Shown here: piece by piece, positions 49,306-61,165 of the stretch
Position numbering within the stretch: the stretch's first letter is position 1
Layout: each line of letters begins with the position of its first letter
From: an uncultured cyanobacterium
Lineage (GTDB): Bacteria > Cyanobacteriota > Cyanobacteriia > Cyanobacteriales > Cyanobacteriaceae
Length of the DNA: 64,000 bases
Reading direction: 5' to 3'
Assembly (NCBI GenBank): GCA_963710605.1
Contig: CAVQBA010000004.1
Span: 1,152,001-1,216,000, forward strand
Notes under the pieces: model-generated
The model's database searches: none
What the model saw: only the letters and a program-made list of their open reading frames with translations
What the model was told of the DNA's origin: nothing
Translations under genes and position numbers: made by a program

Positions 49306-50772
49306 ATGTTTTTATCACCAACTCGGAATAAATGGCAACCAATTATCAAAGAATTAGAAAAAATTCTGGGTAAAGATGGAGTAGTCAAACGTAAAGACGA
49401 ATTACTAACATATGAATGTGACGGTTTACCTCAATATCGTCAACGCCCTGCTTTAGTAACTTTACCCAAAACGACAGAACAAGTTGCTCAAATTGTCAAA
49501 ATATGTAATAAATACGAAATACCTTGGTTAGCTAGAGGGGCAGGTACGGGTTTATCTGGCGGGGCATTACCGATCGAAGATTCCTTAATTATCGTTACCG
49601 CCCGTATGCGTCAAATCTTGGAGGTTGATTACGAAAACCAACATATAGTCGTTCAACCCGGAATCATTAATAATTGGGTAACTCAAGCCGTTAGTGGGGC
49701 AGGTTTTTATTACGCACCCGATCCATCTAGCCAGATCATTTGTTCGATCGGTGGTAATATTGCCGAAAATTCTGGGGGTGTACATTGTCTTAAATACGGT
49801 ACAACCACTAACCATGTCTTAGGCTTAACGATTGTTACCGCCGAAGGCGAAATTATGGAGATAGGCGGTAAAGTAACTGAAATGCCGGGGTTTGACCTGA
49901 CAGGTGTTTTCGTTGGCTCAGAAGGCACATTAGGTATCGCTACAGAGATTACTTTAAAAATACTCAAAACACCAAATAAAATTTGTGTCGTCTTAGCTGA
50001 TTTTAATAGTGTTGAAGAAGCAGGAAGTGCCGTTGCCGCCATTATTCAAGCCGGAATTATTCCCGCTGGGATGGAGATGATGGATAACTTTAGTATTAAT
50101 GCCGTCGAAGATGTAGTAGCTACTGCTTGTTATCCTCGTGATGCTCAAGCTTTATTGTTAGTCGAATTAGATGGCTTAGAAGTTGAAGTTGAAGAGTACA
50201 AAAAAATTGTTGCCGAGCTTTGTCGTGAATGTGGAGCTAGGAGTATTACGACAGCTAGTGATACCGAAACACGATTAAAATTATGGAAAGGTAGAAAAGC
50301 GGCTTTTGCGGCGATGGGTAAGATTAGCCCTGATTATTTTGTACAAGATGGTGTCGTACCTCGATCGAAACTTGCTTCTGTCTTAGCCGAAATTGATACT
50401 TTATCAGAGTCTTATGGTTATCGTATCGCTAATGTTTTCCATGCAGGAGACGGCAATTTACATCCTTTGATTCTTTATGATAATGCAGTAGAAGGTGCAT
50501 TTGAAAAAGTAGAAGAATTAGGCGGAGAGATTCTCAAACTTTGTGTAAAAGTCGGTGGTAGTATCTCAGGTGAGCATGGTATTGGTAGTGATAAGAAAAC
50601 TTACATGGCTGATATGTTTACTTCTGCTGATTTAGAAACTATGCAATATGTCAAAAAAAGTTTTAATCCTCAAGGATTGGCTAATCCGACTAAAATATTC
50701 CCGACTCCTCGTACTTGTGGTGAAGCGGCAAGGGCAAAACAAGTCGAATATAAAGGGGCAAAAGCGTTTTAA
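49306..50772 (+). CDS. glcD: Glycolate dehydrogenase/oxidase subunit
   Basis: RGAGTGLSGG, PDPSS, GSEGTLG, HAGDGNLH, GEHGIG. Confidence 0.9.
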   Translation: MFLSPTRNKWQPIIKELEKILGKDGVVKRKDELLTYECDGLPQYRQRPALVTLPKTTEQVAQIVKICNKYEIPWLARGAGTGLSGGALPIEDSLIIVTARMRQILEVDYENQHIVVQPGIINNWVTQAVSGAGFYYAPDPSSQIICSIGGNIAENSGGVHCLKYGTTTNHVLGLTIVTAEGEIMEIGGKVTEMPGFDLTGVFVGSEGTLGIATEITLKILKTPNKICVVLADFNSVEEAGSAVAAIIQAGIIPAGMEMMDNFSINAVEDVVATACYPRDAQALLLVELDGLEVEVEEYKKIVAELCRECGARSITTASDTETRLKLWKGRKAAFAAMGKISPDYFVQDGVVPRSKLASVLAEIDTLSESYGYRIANVFHAGDGNLHPLILYDNAVEGAFEKVEELGGEILKLCVKVGGSISGEHGIGSDKKTYMADMFTSADLETMQYVKKSFNPQGLANPTKIFPTPRTCGEAARAKQVEYKGAKAF

Positions 50773-50806
50773 ACAATTGACAATAGACAATGGACAATGG
50801 ACAATT
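50773..50806. repeat. Degenerate heptamer array (ACAATGG)n
   Basis: acaattg acaatag acaatgg acaatgg acaatt, directly after the glcD stop. Confidence 0.7.
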
Positions 50807-50847
50807 AGGTATTCGGAATTTTAACTATTAACTATTAACTATCAACT

Positions 50848-51051
50848 ATGTACATGACACCTAAAAGTGGCGTTTTGCTACTTGTTTCTTGTGTTTCGGC
50901 GATCGCTTCTGTAGGTTCTATTTTTGAATTATCTTCTGGGATACCTGAATTAGGACAAACTGTAACAGCAATTATTTTAGCTATAGCTATTCCTGTGACT
51001 GTTACTTCTTTTGTTTTAGCCGTAATCGATGCTAGGGCTAATCTCAAATAA
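50848..51051 (+). CDS. Small two-TM hypothetical protein
   Basis: ATG start, two hydrophobic helices, co-oriented with glcD. Confidence 0.65.
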   Translation: MYMTPKSGVLLLVSCVSAIASVGSIFELSSGIPELGQTVTAIILAIAIPVTVTSFVLAVIDARANLK

Positions 51052-51071
51052 AATTTAAAGATTATTGTAAT

Positions 51072-51181
51072 TATAGCAATTATCACTATTATGAAATACA
51101 AAGAAATCCCCCACGGGTCCCCCTTTGTAAAGGGGACTTATTGATCATTAACTGTACCTCACAAGTATGGGAAACGCTATA
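51072..51181. mobile_element. 110-bp MITE/REP-like element (TATAGC...GCTATA)
   Basis: Closely similar inverted copy at 54713-54820; internal CCCCTT..AAGGGG hairpin. Confidence 0.75.
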
Positions 51182-51396
51182 TAAATTGTTTTTAAATCAA
51201 TAAAAAAGCGATCGTTAACTACTTAAAAAGAACAAAACGATCGCTTAAACTATTTTTTAATTATTACTATAGCAATTCTCAGTTTCATAAGATACAGGCT
51301 AATCCCCCACTCATCCCATCTCCCTTGCCCCCGCACGTTCGGCAGGGCTGTTTCATTCTCAAAAAGAAGAAAATAAATAGCTAGAAGCTATTATTA

Positions 51397-51433
51397 CTCC
51401 CCTCTCCTCGCAGGAGAGGGGTTGGGGGTGAGG
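51397..51433. repeat. REP-like CTCCCCTCTCC..GGAGAGGGG element
   Basis: ctcccctctcctcgcaggagaggggttgggggtgagg. Confidence 0.7.
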
Positions 51434-51506
51434 TAATAATGAGTAAGAAGTATTGCCAATTGTCAATTCTTTTTCATCCTTCATCCTTACTTGTTAGTAT
51501 TTTTGT

Positions 51507-52370
51507 TTAATTACTAAATATAGATAATAAAGTTTCCAACATAACTTGCGTGGGTGCTGGTTTACCCGTCCAGATTTGAAAACCAACTGCACCTTGCTCG
51601 ACTAACATTTGACTACCGTCAATAATAATTGCTTTTTGCGATTGTGCTTGCTGTAAAAACAACGTCGGGCGGGGAGTATAAATTAAATCATAAACGATCG
51701 TATTCGCTTTAATTAATTCTGATTGTTTACTCGTCAAAGGCGACGCATCAATATGCGGATACATACCAATAGGAGTTGTATTGACAATCAATTCACTTTC
51801 AGCAATTATCTTATCTAATTCGTCCCAATGATGAATTGTAATTTCGGCAGTTAAATTAGTTTGCTCCCAACTTTGAGCAAAAGCCTCTAGTTTGGTTTGA
51901 TTACGCCCTACAACTTTAATTTGTTGGCATCCTAGTTGACTACAGCCAACAATTACCGCCCTAGATGCCCCACCGTTACCTAATACTATCGGGGTTATTT
52001 TCGACCAATTTTTGGTTAGTTTTTTAAGTGGTGCAACAAAACCATCAATATCTGTATTTGTGCCATGCCAACCATCTTCAGTTAACCAAACTGTATTGAC
52101 TGCCCCGATCGTTTTTGCTGTATCCGTAATATGGGTTAAGAATGGAATAACATTTTGTTTATGAGGAATAGTAACATTAAAACCGCTTAAATTGATTGCT
52201 TTAAATGTCTCAAATGTTTTACTTAAATCTTCTGTTTTTACTTGAAAAGGAATATAAACATAGTCTAAATTTAAAGTCTCTAATGCTTTATTTTGAATTA
52301 GAGGAGACATTGAATGTTCGATTGGATTACCAATGATACCTAAAAGTTTTGTTTTACCTGTAATCTGCAT
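51507..52370 (-). CDS. aroE: Shikimate dehydrogenase
   Basis: HSMSP, NVTIPHK, GAVNT, NTD, GNGGA, NTTPIGM, DLIY, QGA. Confidence 0.94.
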   Translation of the reverse strand: MQITGKTKLLGIIGNPIEHSMSPLIQNKALETLNLDYVYIPFQVKTEDLSKTFETFKAINLSGFNVTIPHKQNVIPFLTHITDTAKTIGAVNTVWLTEDGWHGTNTDIDGFVAPLKKLTKNWSKITPIVLGNGGASRAVIVGCSQLGCQQIKVVGRNQTKLEAFAQSWEQTNLTAEITIHHWDELDKIIAESELIVNTTPIGMYPHIDASPLTSKQSELIKANTIVYDLIYTPRPTLFLQQAQSQKAIIIDGSQMLVEQGAVGFQIWTGKPAPTQVMLETLLSIFSN

Positions 52371-52380
52371 AAATTAGTTG

Positions 52381-52423
52381 AAAGTTAAAAGTTAAAAGTT
52401 AAAAGTTAAAAGTTAAAAGTTAA
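52381..52423. repeat. Heptamer array (AAAGTTA)x6
   Basis: Directly upstream of the aroE start. Confidence 0.9.
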
Positions 52424-52488
52424 TAATTATTCATTATTCATTGTAAAGTGTTAAAATCATCGGATAATACCTAATATTATCGAAACTG

Positions 52489-53130
52489 ATGACTGTTATT
52501 GCTGTAATCGACTATGACATGGGTAATTTGCACTCGGCTTGTAAGGGTTTAGAAAAAGCTGGGGCGATAACCAAAATTACTGATTCTCCTGATGAAATAG
52601 CTCAAGCTGATGGAGTTGTTTTACCTGGAGTTGGTTCATTTGATCCAGCAATGCAACATTTAAAAGCGAGAAATTTGGTTGAACCGATCAAGAATATTAT
52701 TAAAAGTGGCAAACCATTTTTGGGTATCTGTTTGGGTTTACAAATCTTGTTTGAGGCTTCAGAAGAAGGTAATGAAGAAGGTTTAGGTATTATTAAAGGT
52801 AAAGTACGTCGTTTTCAATCTCAGCCTGAATTGACTATTCCTCATATGGGTTGGAATAACCTTGAATTAACTCAAACTTCTCATCCTTTATGGCAAAATA
52901 TTCCTCCTGCTACTTATGTTTATTTTGTTCATTCTTATTATGTTGATCCCATTAACACAGAGATTATTTCTGCCACTGTTACTCATGGTACACAAAAAGT
53001 AACCGCTGCGATCGCTCACAAAAATTTAATGGCAGTACAATTTCATCCCGAAAAATCTTCTAGTTATGGTTTACAGATGTTGACTAATTTTGTTGATTTA
53101 GTGGCGAAGTCTCAGTTAGTTAAAACTTAA
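52489..53130 (+). CDS. hisH: Imidazole glycerol phosphate synthase, glutaminase subunit
   Basis: DYDMGNL.S, LPGVG, GICLG, PHMGWN, YFVHSY, QFHPEKS. Confidence 0.95.
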   Translation: MTVIAVIDYDMGNLHSACKGLEKAGAITKITDSPDEIAQADGVVLPGVGSFDPAMQHLKARNLVEPIKNIIKSGKPFLGICLGLQILFEASEEGNEEGLGIIKGKVRRFQSQPELTIPHMGWNNLELTQTSHPLWQNIPPATYVYFVHSYYVDPINTEIISATVTHGTQKVTAAIAHKNLMAVQFHPEKSSSYGLQMLTNFVDLVAKSQLVKT

Positions 53131-53238
53131 TTATCAAATTCTTCATTAAATATTAACTTTCTCTTCTTAATTCGTGATTTTGATTGGTTAAAATTGTAAT
53201 TGAATTAAGTAATATTACTCACTAAAACGACCTTTTTT

Positions 53239-53589
53239 ATGAAAACTAATTCTAATAGTAATCATTCTCATTCTCATTCTCAGGTTAATGACACAAACAA
53301 ACACGAACATAATCATAGTCATAGCGAGGAATCGCAAAGGAAGATAATCAATCGTTTATCTAGAATAGAAGGGCACGTTAGAGGTATTAAAACCATGATC
53401 AATGAAGGTAGAGATTGCCCTGAGGTTTTGATTCAAATAGCCGCTATTCGTGGTGCATTAGATAGAGTAGCTAGACTTATCTTAGATGAACATTTGAGTG
53501 AATGTATTACTCGTGCTTCAGTAGAAGGTGGAATTGAAGAAGAAATAGCCGCACTTAAAGCCGCCCTCGATCGTTTTTTACCTTCATAA
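53239..53589 (+). CDS. CsoR/RcnR family metal-sensing repressor (InrS-like)
   Basis: RLSRIEGHVRGI, CPEVL.Q, EHL.EC; His-rich N-terminus. Confidence 0.88.
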   Translation: MKTNSNSNHSHSHSQVNDTNKHEHNHSHSEESQRKIINRLSRIEGHVRGIKTMINEGRDCPEVLIQIAAIRGALDRVARLILDEHLSECITRASVEGGIEEEIAALKAALDRFLPS

Positions 53590-53665
53590 TTGGGCTTAAC
53601 TTAAAAAAACTTAGAAATTAATAATATAGTTCTATGAGAACATTACATTATTGTTAATTTACTAA

Positions 53666-54652
<987 letters not shown>

Positions 54653-54712
54653 TCTTTCTTGGCTTTAAAATAACTATTTTCGAGAGCTTCTATTATTTTA
54701 ATATCTAACTAA

Positions 54713-54820
54713 TATAGCATTTCCCATCACTATGAGGTACATTTGTTATCTCCAAGTCCCCTTTGGTAAGGGGGCCCGTGGGGGATCGATATGTACTTCA
54801 TAATACTAATAATTGTTATA
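54713..54820. mobile_element. 110-bp MITE/REP-like element, inverted copy of 51072-51181
   Basis: TATAGCATTTCCCAT..GAGGTACA..AAGTCCCCTTT..AAGGGGG.CCGTGGGGGAT..TCATAATA..ATAATTGTTATA. Confidence 0.75.
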
Positions 54821-54948
54821 TACGATCGCTATATTCAAAGGTTGTAGTTATTCACTCTTTAAATAATTAGTGATTGTGAATAGTTAGTTAGTGACATACT
54901 CCCACACCAAATTCAAAATTATGGTGTGGGCTTCCAACCCCATAAGGG

Positions 54949-56203
54949 TTATTGGCGTTTTATAGTCAGGGAGATGCCCAGCCCGACTTTTTTAATTAAT
55001 AAAGCACTATTATAATCACGATCTATAGACTCTCCACAATGAGAACAATCATGCCATCTGTCTGACAAAGTTTTAGGTACTTTATTTAGACAATTATGAC
55101 AATGTTGACTCGTCCCTTTTGGATTCACCTTAATTATTTTACAGCCTACCTTTTTCGCTTGCTGATTGAGAATATCTACAAATTGTCCGATTGCACAGTC
55201 CGAAAAACTTTTATTTAATCCAGATTTTGCACTTTGACCATTTGGCACATACCGATTATTTATTTTTTTAGGCTTGTTTTTACGTTTGAGATTAGCAATA
55301 TTTAAGTCTTCAACAAATATTACATCTGCAATTGAGCATAATTGTTTTGCTATTTCATAATGGCACTGCTTACGTTGTCTGGCTATCTTCTGATGTAGCT
55401 TCGATATTTTCTTTTGGATGAGTCTTTTAATCTTCTTTCCAATTGATTTATCTGCTTTTCGTTTTTGAAGATTCGCCAGCTTTGCCTCTAACTTGCGATA
55501 GTGTTTTTGTGGTAAAACTTGATTACCATTTGAATCCACGTAAAGTTTTTCTAACCCCAAATCAATACCCACCGAATTACTCTGATTGGGAATAATTTCT
55601 GGCTCAAATTCTGGTACTGGTTTTGTCTTCCACACTGAAAGTAATATAGTAACCATCAGCTTTTTTGGTAATAGAAGCAGTCTTTAATTTGAAACCTTCG
55701 GCGATCGATCTATGACAGATAAATTTTACTTCCCCAAATTTAGGCAAACTTACTTTGCTCCCTTGGATGCAATCAGGCTTTAATTGAGGAAATGTTATTG
55801 TCCTATATTGTCTTTTATTTTTAAACCTTGGTTTCCCCGCTCTTTTGCCTTTACAATCGCCTTTAACAAATCGATCGAAAGCTAATTTTACTCTTTTGAT
55901 AACATCCTGTAATACTTGCGATTGTAATTCTTGATACCAAGGTCTATCTTTTTTTAGTTGGGGTAAAGTACGTTTTTGACTATAGTAATCAGGGTTATCT
56001 CTTAATTCTATCGGAGGTAGGCTACAAGATATTTGACAAAAATCACCTAGAGGTAAAACAATACCATTACGATTGTATTGCCACCAAGCAAATCGATCGG
56101 CTAACAAGTAATTATACTGACATCTAGCCATGTTTAACCACCTACTAATAGTTTCTTTTTGCTTAGTGTCCAGAAGCAATTTGTATTGGTATGCTTTTCT
56201 CAT
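54949..56203 (-). pseudogene. tnpB: TnpB RNA-guided endonuclease, split by a +1 frameshift
   Basis: N-terminal AYQYKL, PRFK; RuvC GIDLG, VEDL, DRDYN; Zn finger CHNC/CSHC; extra A in the run at 55621-55624. Confidence 0.88.
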
Positions 56204-56252
56204 ACTGACTTTATCTATTACACTATAATTAGTGTATCTTTAAAATAAAATA

Positions 56253-56675
56253 GTGTCAAGCAAATATAACGATTTAATATCAAGTGGCAGAAGTGTCTCT
56301 AGTTTAAAGGCACATTTAGTGTTAACTAGTAAATATCGAAAAAAAATTTTCAACAAAGCAATGCTTATCAGGTTAGATAAGATAATACAAGACCTTTTGA
56401 GCAAATGGGGGTGTAAATATATCGAGATGAATGGAGAAGAAGATCATGTACATTTGTTGTTTCAATATACTCCTGATGTACAGTTGAGCAAGCTAGTGAA
56501 TAACATGAAAACGGTAACTAGTCGATATTTGAGGAAAGAATTTGAACCTAGATTAAGCAAATTTTACTGTAAGGCAACTTTGTGGAATGGTAGTTATTAT
56601 TTATCATCTTGTGGTGGTGTTACTATTGAGACTTTAAAAAAGTATGTAGATAGTCAAAATAGACCAAGCACCTAG
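56253..56675 (+). CDS. tnpA: IS200-type Y1 (HUH) transposase TnpA
   Basis: HLVLTSKYR, EDHVHLL, K..TSR, LW..SYY, KKYV. Confidence 0.92.
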   Translation: MSSKYNDLISSGRSVSSLKAHLVLTSKYRKKIFNKAMLIRLDKIIQDLLSKWGCKYIEMNGEEDHVHLLFQYTPDVQLSKLVNNMKTVTSRYLRKEFEPRLSKFYCKATLWNGSYYLSSCGGVTIETLKKYVDSQNRPST

Positions 56676-56802
56676 ACTGCGATTCATCTCACGCTAATTT
56701 AACTAGGTTTTTTTTGAAAATTTAGCGTGAGGCTTCTCGCAGAAGAAAGCTAAATTGTGATATTCTATTGTTAGTTAATGAATATTATAATAATAAAGCA
56801 AA

Positions 56803-56907
56803 ATGCAAGTTAATGATTTAGGCTTTGTAGCTACCATTTTATTTGTGCTTGTGCCTACTGTTTTTCTTTTAATTTTGTACATCCAAACTGGAAAAAACGA
56901 GGCTTAA
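56803..56907 (+). CDS. psbM: Photosystem II reaction centre protein M (not in the ORF track)
   Basis: Manual translation [34 protein letters not shown]. Confidence 0.95.
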   Translation: MQVNDLGFVATILFVLVPTVFLLILYIQTGKNEA

Positions 56908-57062
56908 GAGATATATTTACTCAGATACCAGCAGAATAATTAGTTTTTATATTTTACCTGTATAAGGGGTTAACGGCTAGGAATTAATTGATACTCTTAA
57001 ATAATCATTTAGGAATCAATTTTGACTTAGTTTTTAACCCTTTCAATTTTTTAGCGAGGGTA

Positions 57063-57692
57063 TTATAATAAAATCTGAGTTAATTGGGCTGGTTTATCAA
57101 TTAAAAAATCAGGATGGTGTTGCCCTAAAATAGTAGCTGAATTAAATCCCCATGTTACTGAGACAATTTTGATATTGCTTTTTTTAGCGGCTTCAATATC
57201 ACGGGTTTCGTCACCTACATAAAATGTTTTTTCTAAGGGTAGGTTATATTGTTTAATTACTTTTTTAATAATTTTATCTTTACCAAATAAAGTATTAGCA
57301 GAATAAACAAAATTGAAATAACTTTCTAATTGATTTTTCTCAAGAAATTCTAAGACATTATTACGCATATTAGAAGTCACAATACCAACACAATAACCTT
57401 GAGCTTGTAAACTAGCTAACAATTCCTTCATCCCTACAAATGGTTGTAGCTTAGCTATATGTTTATTAAATTCTTTTTTGACTCTACGTAAAAGAAAAGG
57501 AAGTTGAGTTAAAGGAATGGGAGATTGAAGCATAATATCCACTGAACTTAAATGGCTTAATCTGAGGACTTCTTCTTCAGTTACAGCATCATATCCAAAT
57601 TCATTCGCTAATTGATTAGCAATTTCAACCACTGTTTTACGACTATCTGCGATCGTACCATCAAAATCAAATATAACTATTTTATGATCCAT
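57063..57692 (-). CDS. HAD family phosphatase (phosphoglycolate phosphatase-like)
   Basis: FDFDGT, VTSN, K, VGDETRD, VTWG. Confidence 0.87.
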   Translation of the reverse strand: MDHKIVIFDFDGTIADSRKTVVEIANQLANEFGYDAVTEEEVLRLSHLSSVDIMLQSPIPLTQLPFLLRRVKKEFNKHIAKLQPFVGMKELLASLQAQGYCVGIVTSNMRNNVLEFLEKNQLESYFNFVYSANTLFGKDKIIKKVIKQYNLPLEKTFYVGDETRDIEAAKKSNIKIVSVTWGFNSATILGQHHPDFLIDKPAQLTQILL

Positions 57693-57726
57693 GAAAATTT
57701 ATCTAGGTAATTGATAATTGAGAATA

Positions 57727-58686
57727 TTAATCTTCAATTTGCGGAAGTTGACTTAAGGCATTACGTCTCCACATTTGCGGTTTAATACGACGTAAAGCCG
57801 AGCCTGTAAAACGTCTATCCCATTCTTCTTCTGTCATTTGAGCTATTTCGCTTAATTTGGGGTTAAGATTAGCTGGATAAGGAAAAAAATCAGGGACATC
57901 GGTAGTTTTAGCAAAACGTTGATTCCAAGGACAAACATCTTGACAAATATCACAACCTGCTACCCATCCATTTAAATTATTAGCAATTTCTACTGGTAAC
58001 TCTGGCTGACGATTTTCGATCGTATGATATGCAATACAACGATTAGCATCAACCACAAAAGGTTCGGTGATTGCTTGAGTCGGACAGGCGGTTATACACC
58101 GAGTACAAGTACCACAATGATTAGTATGAGGACGATCGATAACTAAATCGATATTAGTGAGAATTTCCGCTAAAAATACCCAACTTCCATAGTTTCGGGT
58201 AATGACGTTACCATTTTTGGCTACCCAACCAATACCTGCTTGTTCTGCCCAAAATTTATCTTGAATAGGTCCAGTATCTACATAATACCTTACTTTTGCA
58301 CCAACTTGATTTTCGATTAACCAGTTAGCCAAAATTTTCAGTTTTTTAGTGATCACACGATGATAATCTCTTCCCCAACCGTAACGAGATATCTTAGCAC
58401 TATCTGGTTTTTGCTCGTGTTGATTAGGAGTATAATAATTAAGTGCTACACAAATAATTGATTTAACTTCTGACCAACACAGATTTACATCTTGACGGCG
58501 AGGATTATCCATCCATTGCATATCGGCTTGATAACCTTTGTCTAACCATTTTTGTAATCGTTTTTGATTAGTTTGTTGTTGTTCGCTATTTGCCTCCACA
58601 TGAGTAATACCAACTTCATGAAAGCCGATTTCGATCGCTTTAAGTTTGATTTGTTCTTTGTTTAGATTGGGATTATTAGAAGACAT
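57727..58686 (-). CDS. queG: Epoxyqueuosine reductase
   Basis: ISRYGWGRDYH, VDTGP, CGTCTRCITACPT, GCDICQDVCPWN. Confidence 0.93.
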   Translation of the reverse strand: MSSNNPNLNKEQIKLKAIEIGFHEVGITHVEANSEQQQTNQKRLQKWLDKGYQADMQWMDNPRRQDVNLCWSEVKSIICVALNYYTPNQHEQKPDSAKISRYGWGRDYHRVITKKLKILANWLIENQVGAKVRYYVDTGPIQDKFWAEQAGIGWVAKNGNVITRNYGSWVFLAEILTNIDLVIDRPHTNHCGTCTRCITACPTQAITEPFVVDANRCIAYHTIENRQPELPVEIANNLNGWVAGCDICQDVCPWNQRFAKTTDVPDFFPYPANLNPKLSEIAQMTEEEWDRRFTGSALRRIKPQMWRRNALSQLPQIED

Positions 58687-58842
58687 CGAGAAGCTTAAGC
58701 AAGACAGTAATTAAATAAAAAGAAGTCACCGAATCAGAAAAAATCTTTGACCACAACAGGGGTATTAATAAAAAGTTAGGAATTAATATTAATACGTAAA
58801 AAGTCTTAATTTTTGGCTCTGTTTTTTTTAGCTGATTTTTAT

Positions 58843-59544
58843 TTATGATTGATTTTGAGGGTATAATCCACGAGGAAAATCTTCCGCACTTAAGCAAGTC
58901 TCCATCGCTTGAATAGGGTTACTTTGTTCAGGAGTACGAGATAAAGCAATTACACATTGAGAATGTCTTGCAGGTAATAAACTAGCTCGACAAGTATTCA
59001 TCGCAGTGAGAACGCCCAAAGAAGCTTGTGTTGGGGTTAATGTTACTTCTACTACTTCTGAATTTTCTTCTACGGCTTCATCGTCATCGGTTTCTACTAC
59101 TTCAACAATGACACCTGTATTTGTTTGGGTGTTGGTTTGAGCTGTATTATTCGTGTTTGGGGTGGTTGTACTCATTTGTGCAGGAGACAAGATAGTATTT
59201 TGAATATCTGCTACACAATTACCTAATTCGATTGGTCTTCTGACAAGATAACAGTTTTTAAGAGCATCTATACCGACAATCTCAGTTGATTGAGTAATTG
59301 TTTTGACACAATAAGATAAATCTTTGGGATATAAAGCATCTGCACAACCGATTTGAGCTTGGGAGGTAGCGACACCACTTGTGGTTAATTCTCTTAAACA
59401 GACATCAAATTTGTTTTCTGCTTTAACTCCATTAGTTAATAATAGAGAAGGAAGAGAAAAAATAACGATCGCACTTAATTTACTTAATTTATTCATAATT
59501 TTAGATAGTTCTTCAGAATTGAGAATTGCTCTTCTATACTTCAT
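58843..59544 (-). CDS. Hypothetical secreted Cys-rich repeat protein
   Basis: Signal-like N-terminus; three C-x5-P-x5-CV repeats; T/N- and E-rich linker. Confidence 0.65.
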   Translation of the reverse strand: MKYRRAILNSEELSKIMNKLSKLSAIVIFSLPSLLLTNGVKAENKFDVCLRELTTSGVATSQAQIGCADALYPKDLSYCVKTITQSTEIVGIDALKNCYLVRRPIELGNCVADIQNTILSPAQMSTTTPNTNNTAQTNTQTNTGVIVEVVETDDDEAVEENSEVVEVTLTPTQASLGVLTAMNTCRASLLPARHSQCVIALSRTPEQSNPIQAMETCLSAEDFPRGLYPQNQS

Positions 59545-59694
59545 ACATATCTTTGTAACAAAGCAGATGTATGCACTTAACTTAAAGGTTTAAAATATTC
59601 GTACACAAATATTTTAGCTGAATGTGAAATTAACACCAATAATTACACCTAAACTATAATCGATTTAATTGAATAAAGGGATTAAACAAACAGG

Positions 59695-61032
59695 ATGATT
59701 TTACAACAAAGACGTAGTTTTTCTCGACTAAAATACTTATTTTTTTATTATCTATCTTTGAGCTTAATTAGTTGCACAACTACTTCTTCACCGCCACAAG
59801 TTTTACAACCTACAGAGGTTTCTTCTTCTGTGGAATCAATTTCAACACAAACTTTGAATCCCCAACCAATCAAGATTGAATTAGACACATTACCTCAGCC
59901 TTATACATCCAAAAGTGTATCTCAAAGTCCGCAAATTTTACCAATTCCTGATTCAATTAAGTTTAATCTACCTGATGGTTTTCAAGTTAATATTTATGCT
60001 CAAGGTTTAAATAATCCTCGTTGGTTAGCCTTAACTCCCGATGGGGATGTATTAGTTACCGAAACTCGTGATAATCGCATCACATTATTACAAGATAACG
60101 ATAATAATGGAGTTGCCGATCGAAGTTCAACTTTTGCCGATGAAAGTAATGGTTTAGATATTCCTTTCGGTATGGCTTTTAGTGATGGTTATTTTTTTCT
60201 GGGTAATCATAATGCTGTCAGACGTTACAATTATTCTCAATTAGATACCAAACTAGTAGGTGAAGGGAGCAAAATAGCTTCACTTCCGGGGGGCGGATAT
60301 AATCAACATTGGACTCGTAATGTGGTTGTTTCTCCGACTGAAAATAGGCTCTATGTATCGATCGGTTCGGCTTCTAACGCCAGTATTGAAAAACTACCTC
60401 GTGCTTCAATTCAAACTATGGATTTTGACGGTAGCAATCAACAAACTTTTGCCTCAGGATTACGTAATCCAGTCGGTTTAGATTTTCATCCTCTCACCAA
60501 TGAGTTATATACTACCGTAAATGAGAGAGACGGGCTAGGTGATGATTTAGTTCCCGATTATTTTACTAGTGTTAAAAAAGATGGTTTTTATGGTTGGCCG
60601 TATAGTTATTTATCTCCTAATCTACTCGATCCTCGACACACAAAACAAAATCAAAGCACAAATCCTCAGTTAGTTAGTAAAACTATTACACCTGATGTTT
60701 TAATTCAATCTCATTCAGCACCTTTGGGTTTACAATTTTACGATGGTCAAACATTCCCTCAAAAATATCAAAATGGAGCTTTTATCGCTTTTAGAGGTTC
60801 ATGGAATCGTAGCGAAGGCACAGGTTATAAAATAGTTTTTATCCCATTTACGGAAAATGGTCAACCTCAAGATTATTATGAAGATTTTTTGACGGGTTTT
60901 TTAGTTAATCCTGCCATTCCTTCAACTTGGGGCAGACCTGTGGGATTATTAGTTATGCCTGATGGTAGTCTTCTGCTTACTGAAGAAGCTAATGGGGTTA
61001 TTTATCGCATACAACACGATGGTAATGAATAA
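59695..61032 (+). CDS. PQQ-dependent sugar / sorbosone dehydrogenase family lipoprotein
   Basis: Lipobox-like LISC, HWTR, GLRNPVG, NERD, YGWPY, HSAPLG, GRPVG. Confidence 0.87.
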   Translation: MILQQRRSFSRLKYLFFYYLSLSLISCTTTSSPPQVLQPTEVSSSVESISTQTLNPQPIKIELDTLPQPYTSKSVSQSPQILPIPDSIKFNLPDGFQVNIYAQGLNNPRWLALTPDGDVLVTETRDNRITLLQDNDNNGVADRSSTFADESNGLDIPFGMAFSDGYFFLGNHNAVRRYNYSQLDTKLVGEGSKIASLPGGGYNQHWTRNVVVSPTENRLYVSIGSASNASIEKLPRASIQTMDFDGSNQQTFASGLRNPVGLDFHPLTNELYTTVNERDGLGDDLVPDYFTSVKKDGFYGWPYSYLSPNLLDPRHTKQNQSTNPQLVSKTITPDVLIQSHSAPLGLQFYDGQTFPQKYQNGAFIAFRGSWNRSEGTGYKIVFIPFTENGQPQDYYEDFLTGFLVNPAIPSTWGRPVGLLVMPDGSLLLTEEANGVIYRIQHDGNE

Positions 61033-61165
61033 TTAATAATTAATAATTAATAATTTCTCCAATCAAAATCGATCGGTTGAGTGAATATTCAGGTATTCTT
61101 ATATCACTTATACTAATTACAAAAGGGCGACTTGAAAACTAAGCTGGTCAAAAATGAATAACTAC

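Larger units (their letters stand above)
54891..56750. mobile_element. IS200/IS605-family element (divergent tnpA and tnpB)
   Basis: Subterminal hairpins CCCACACCA..TGGTGTGGG (54901-54930; minus strand ends ...GTATGTCAC) and CTCACGCTAA..TTAGCGTGAG (56688-56731); left boundary approximate. Confidence 0.85.
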
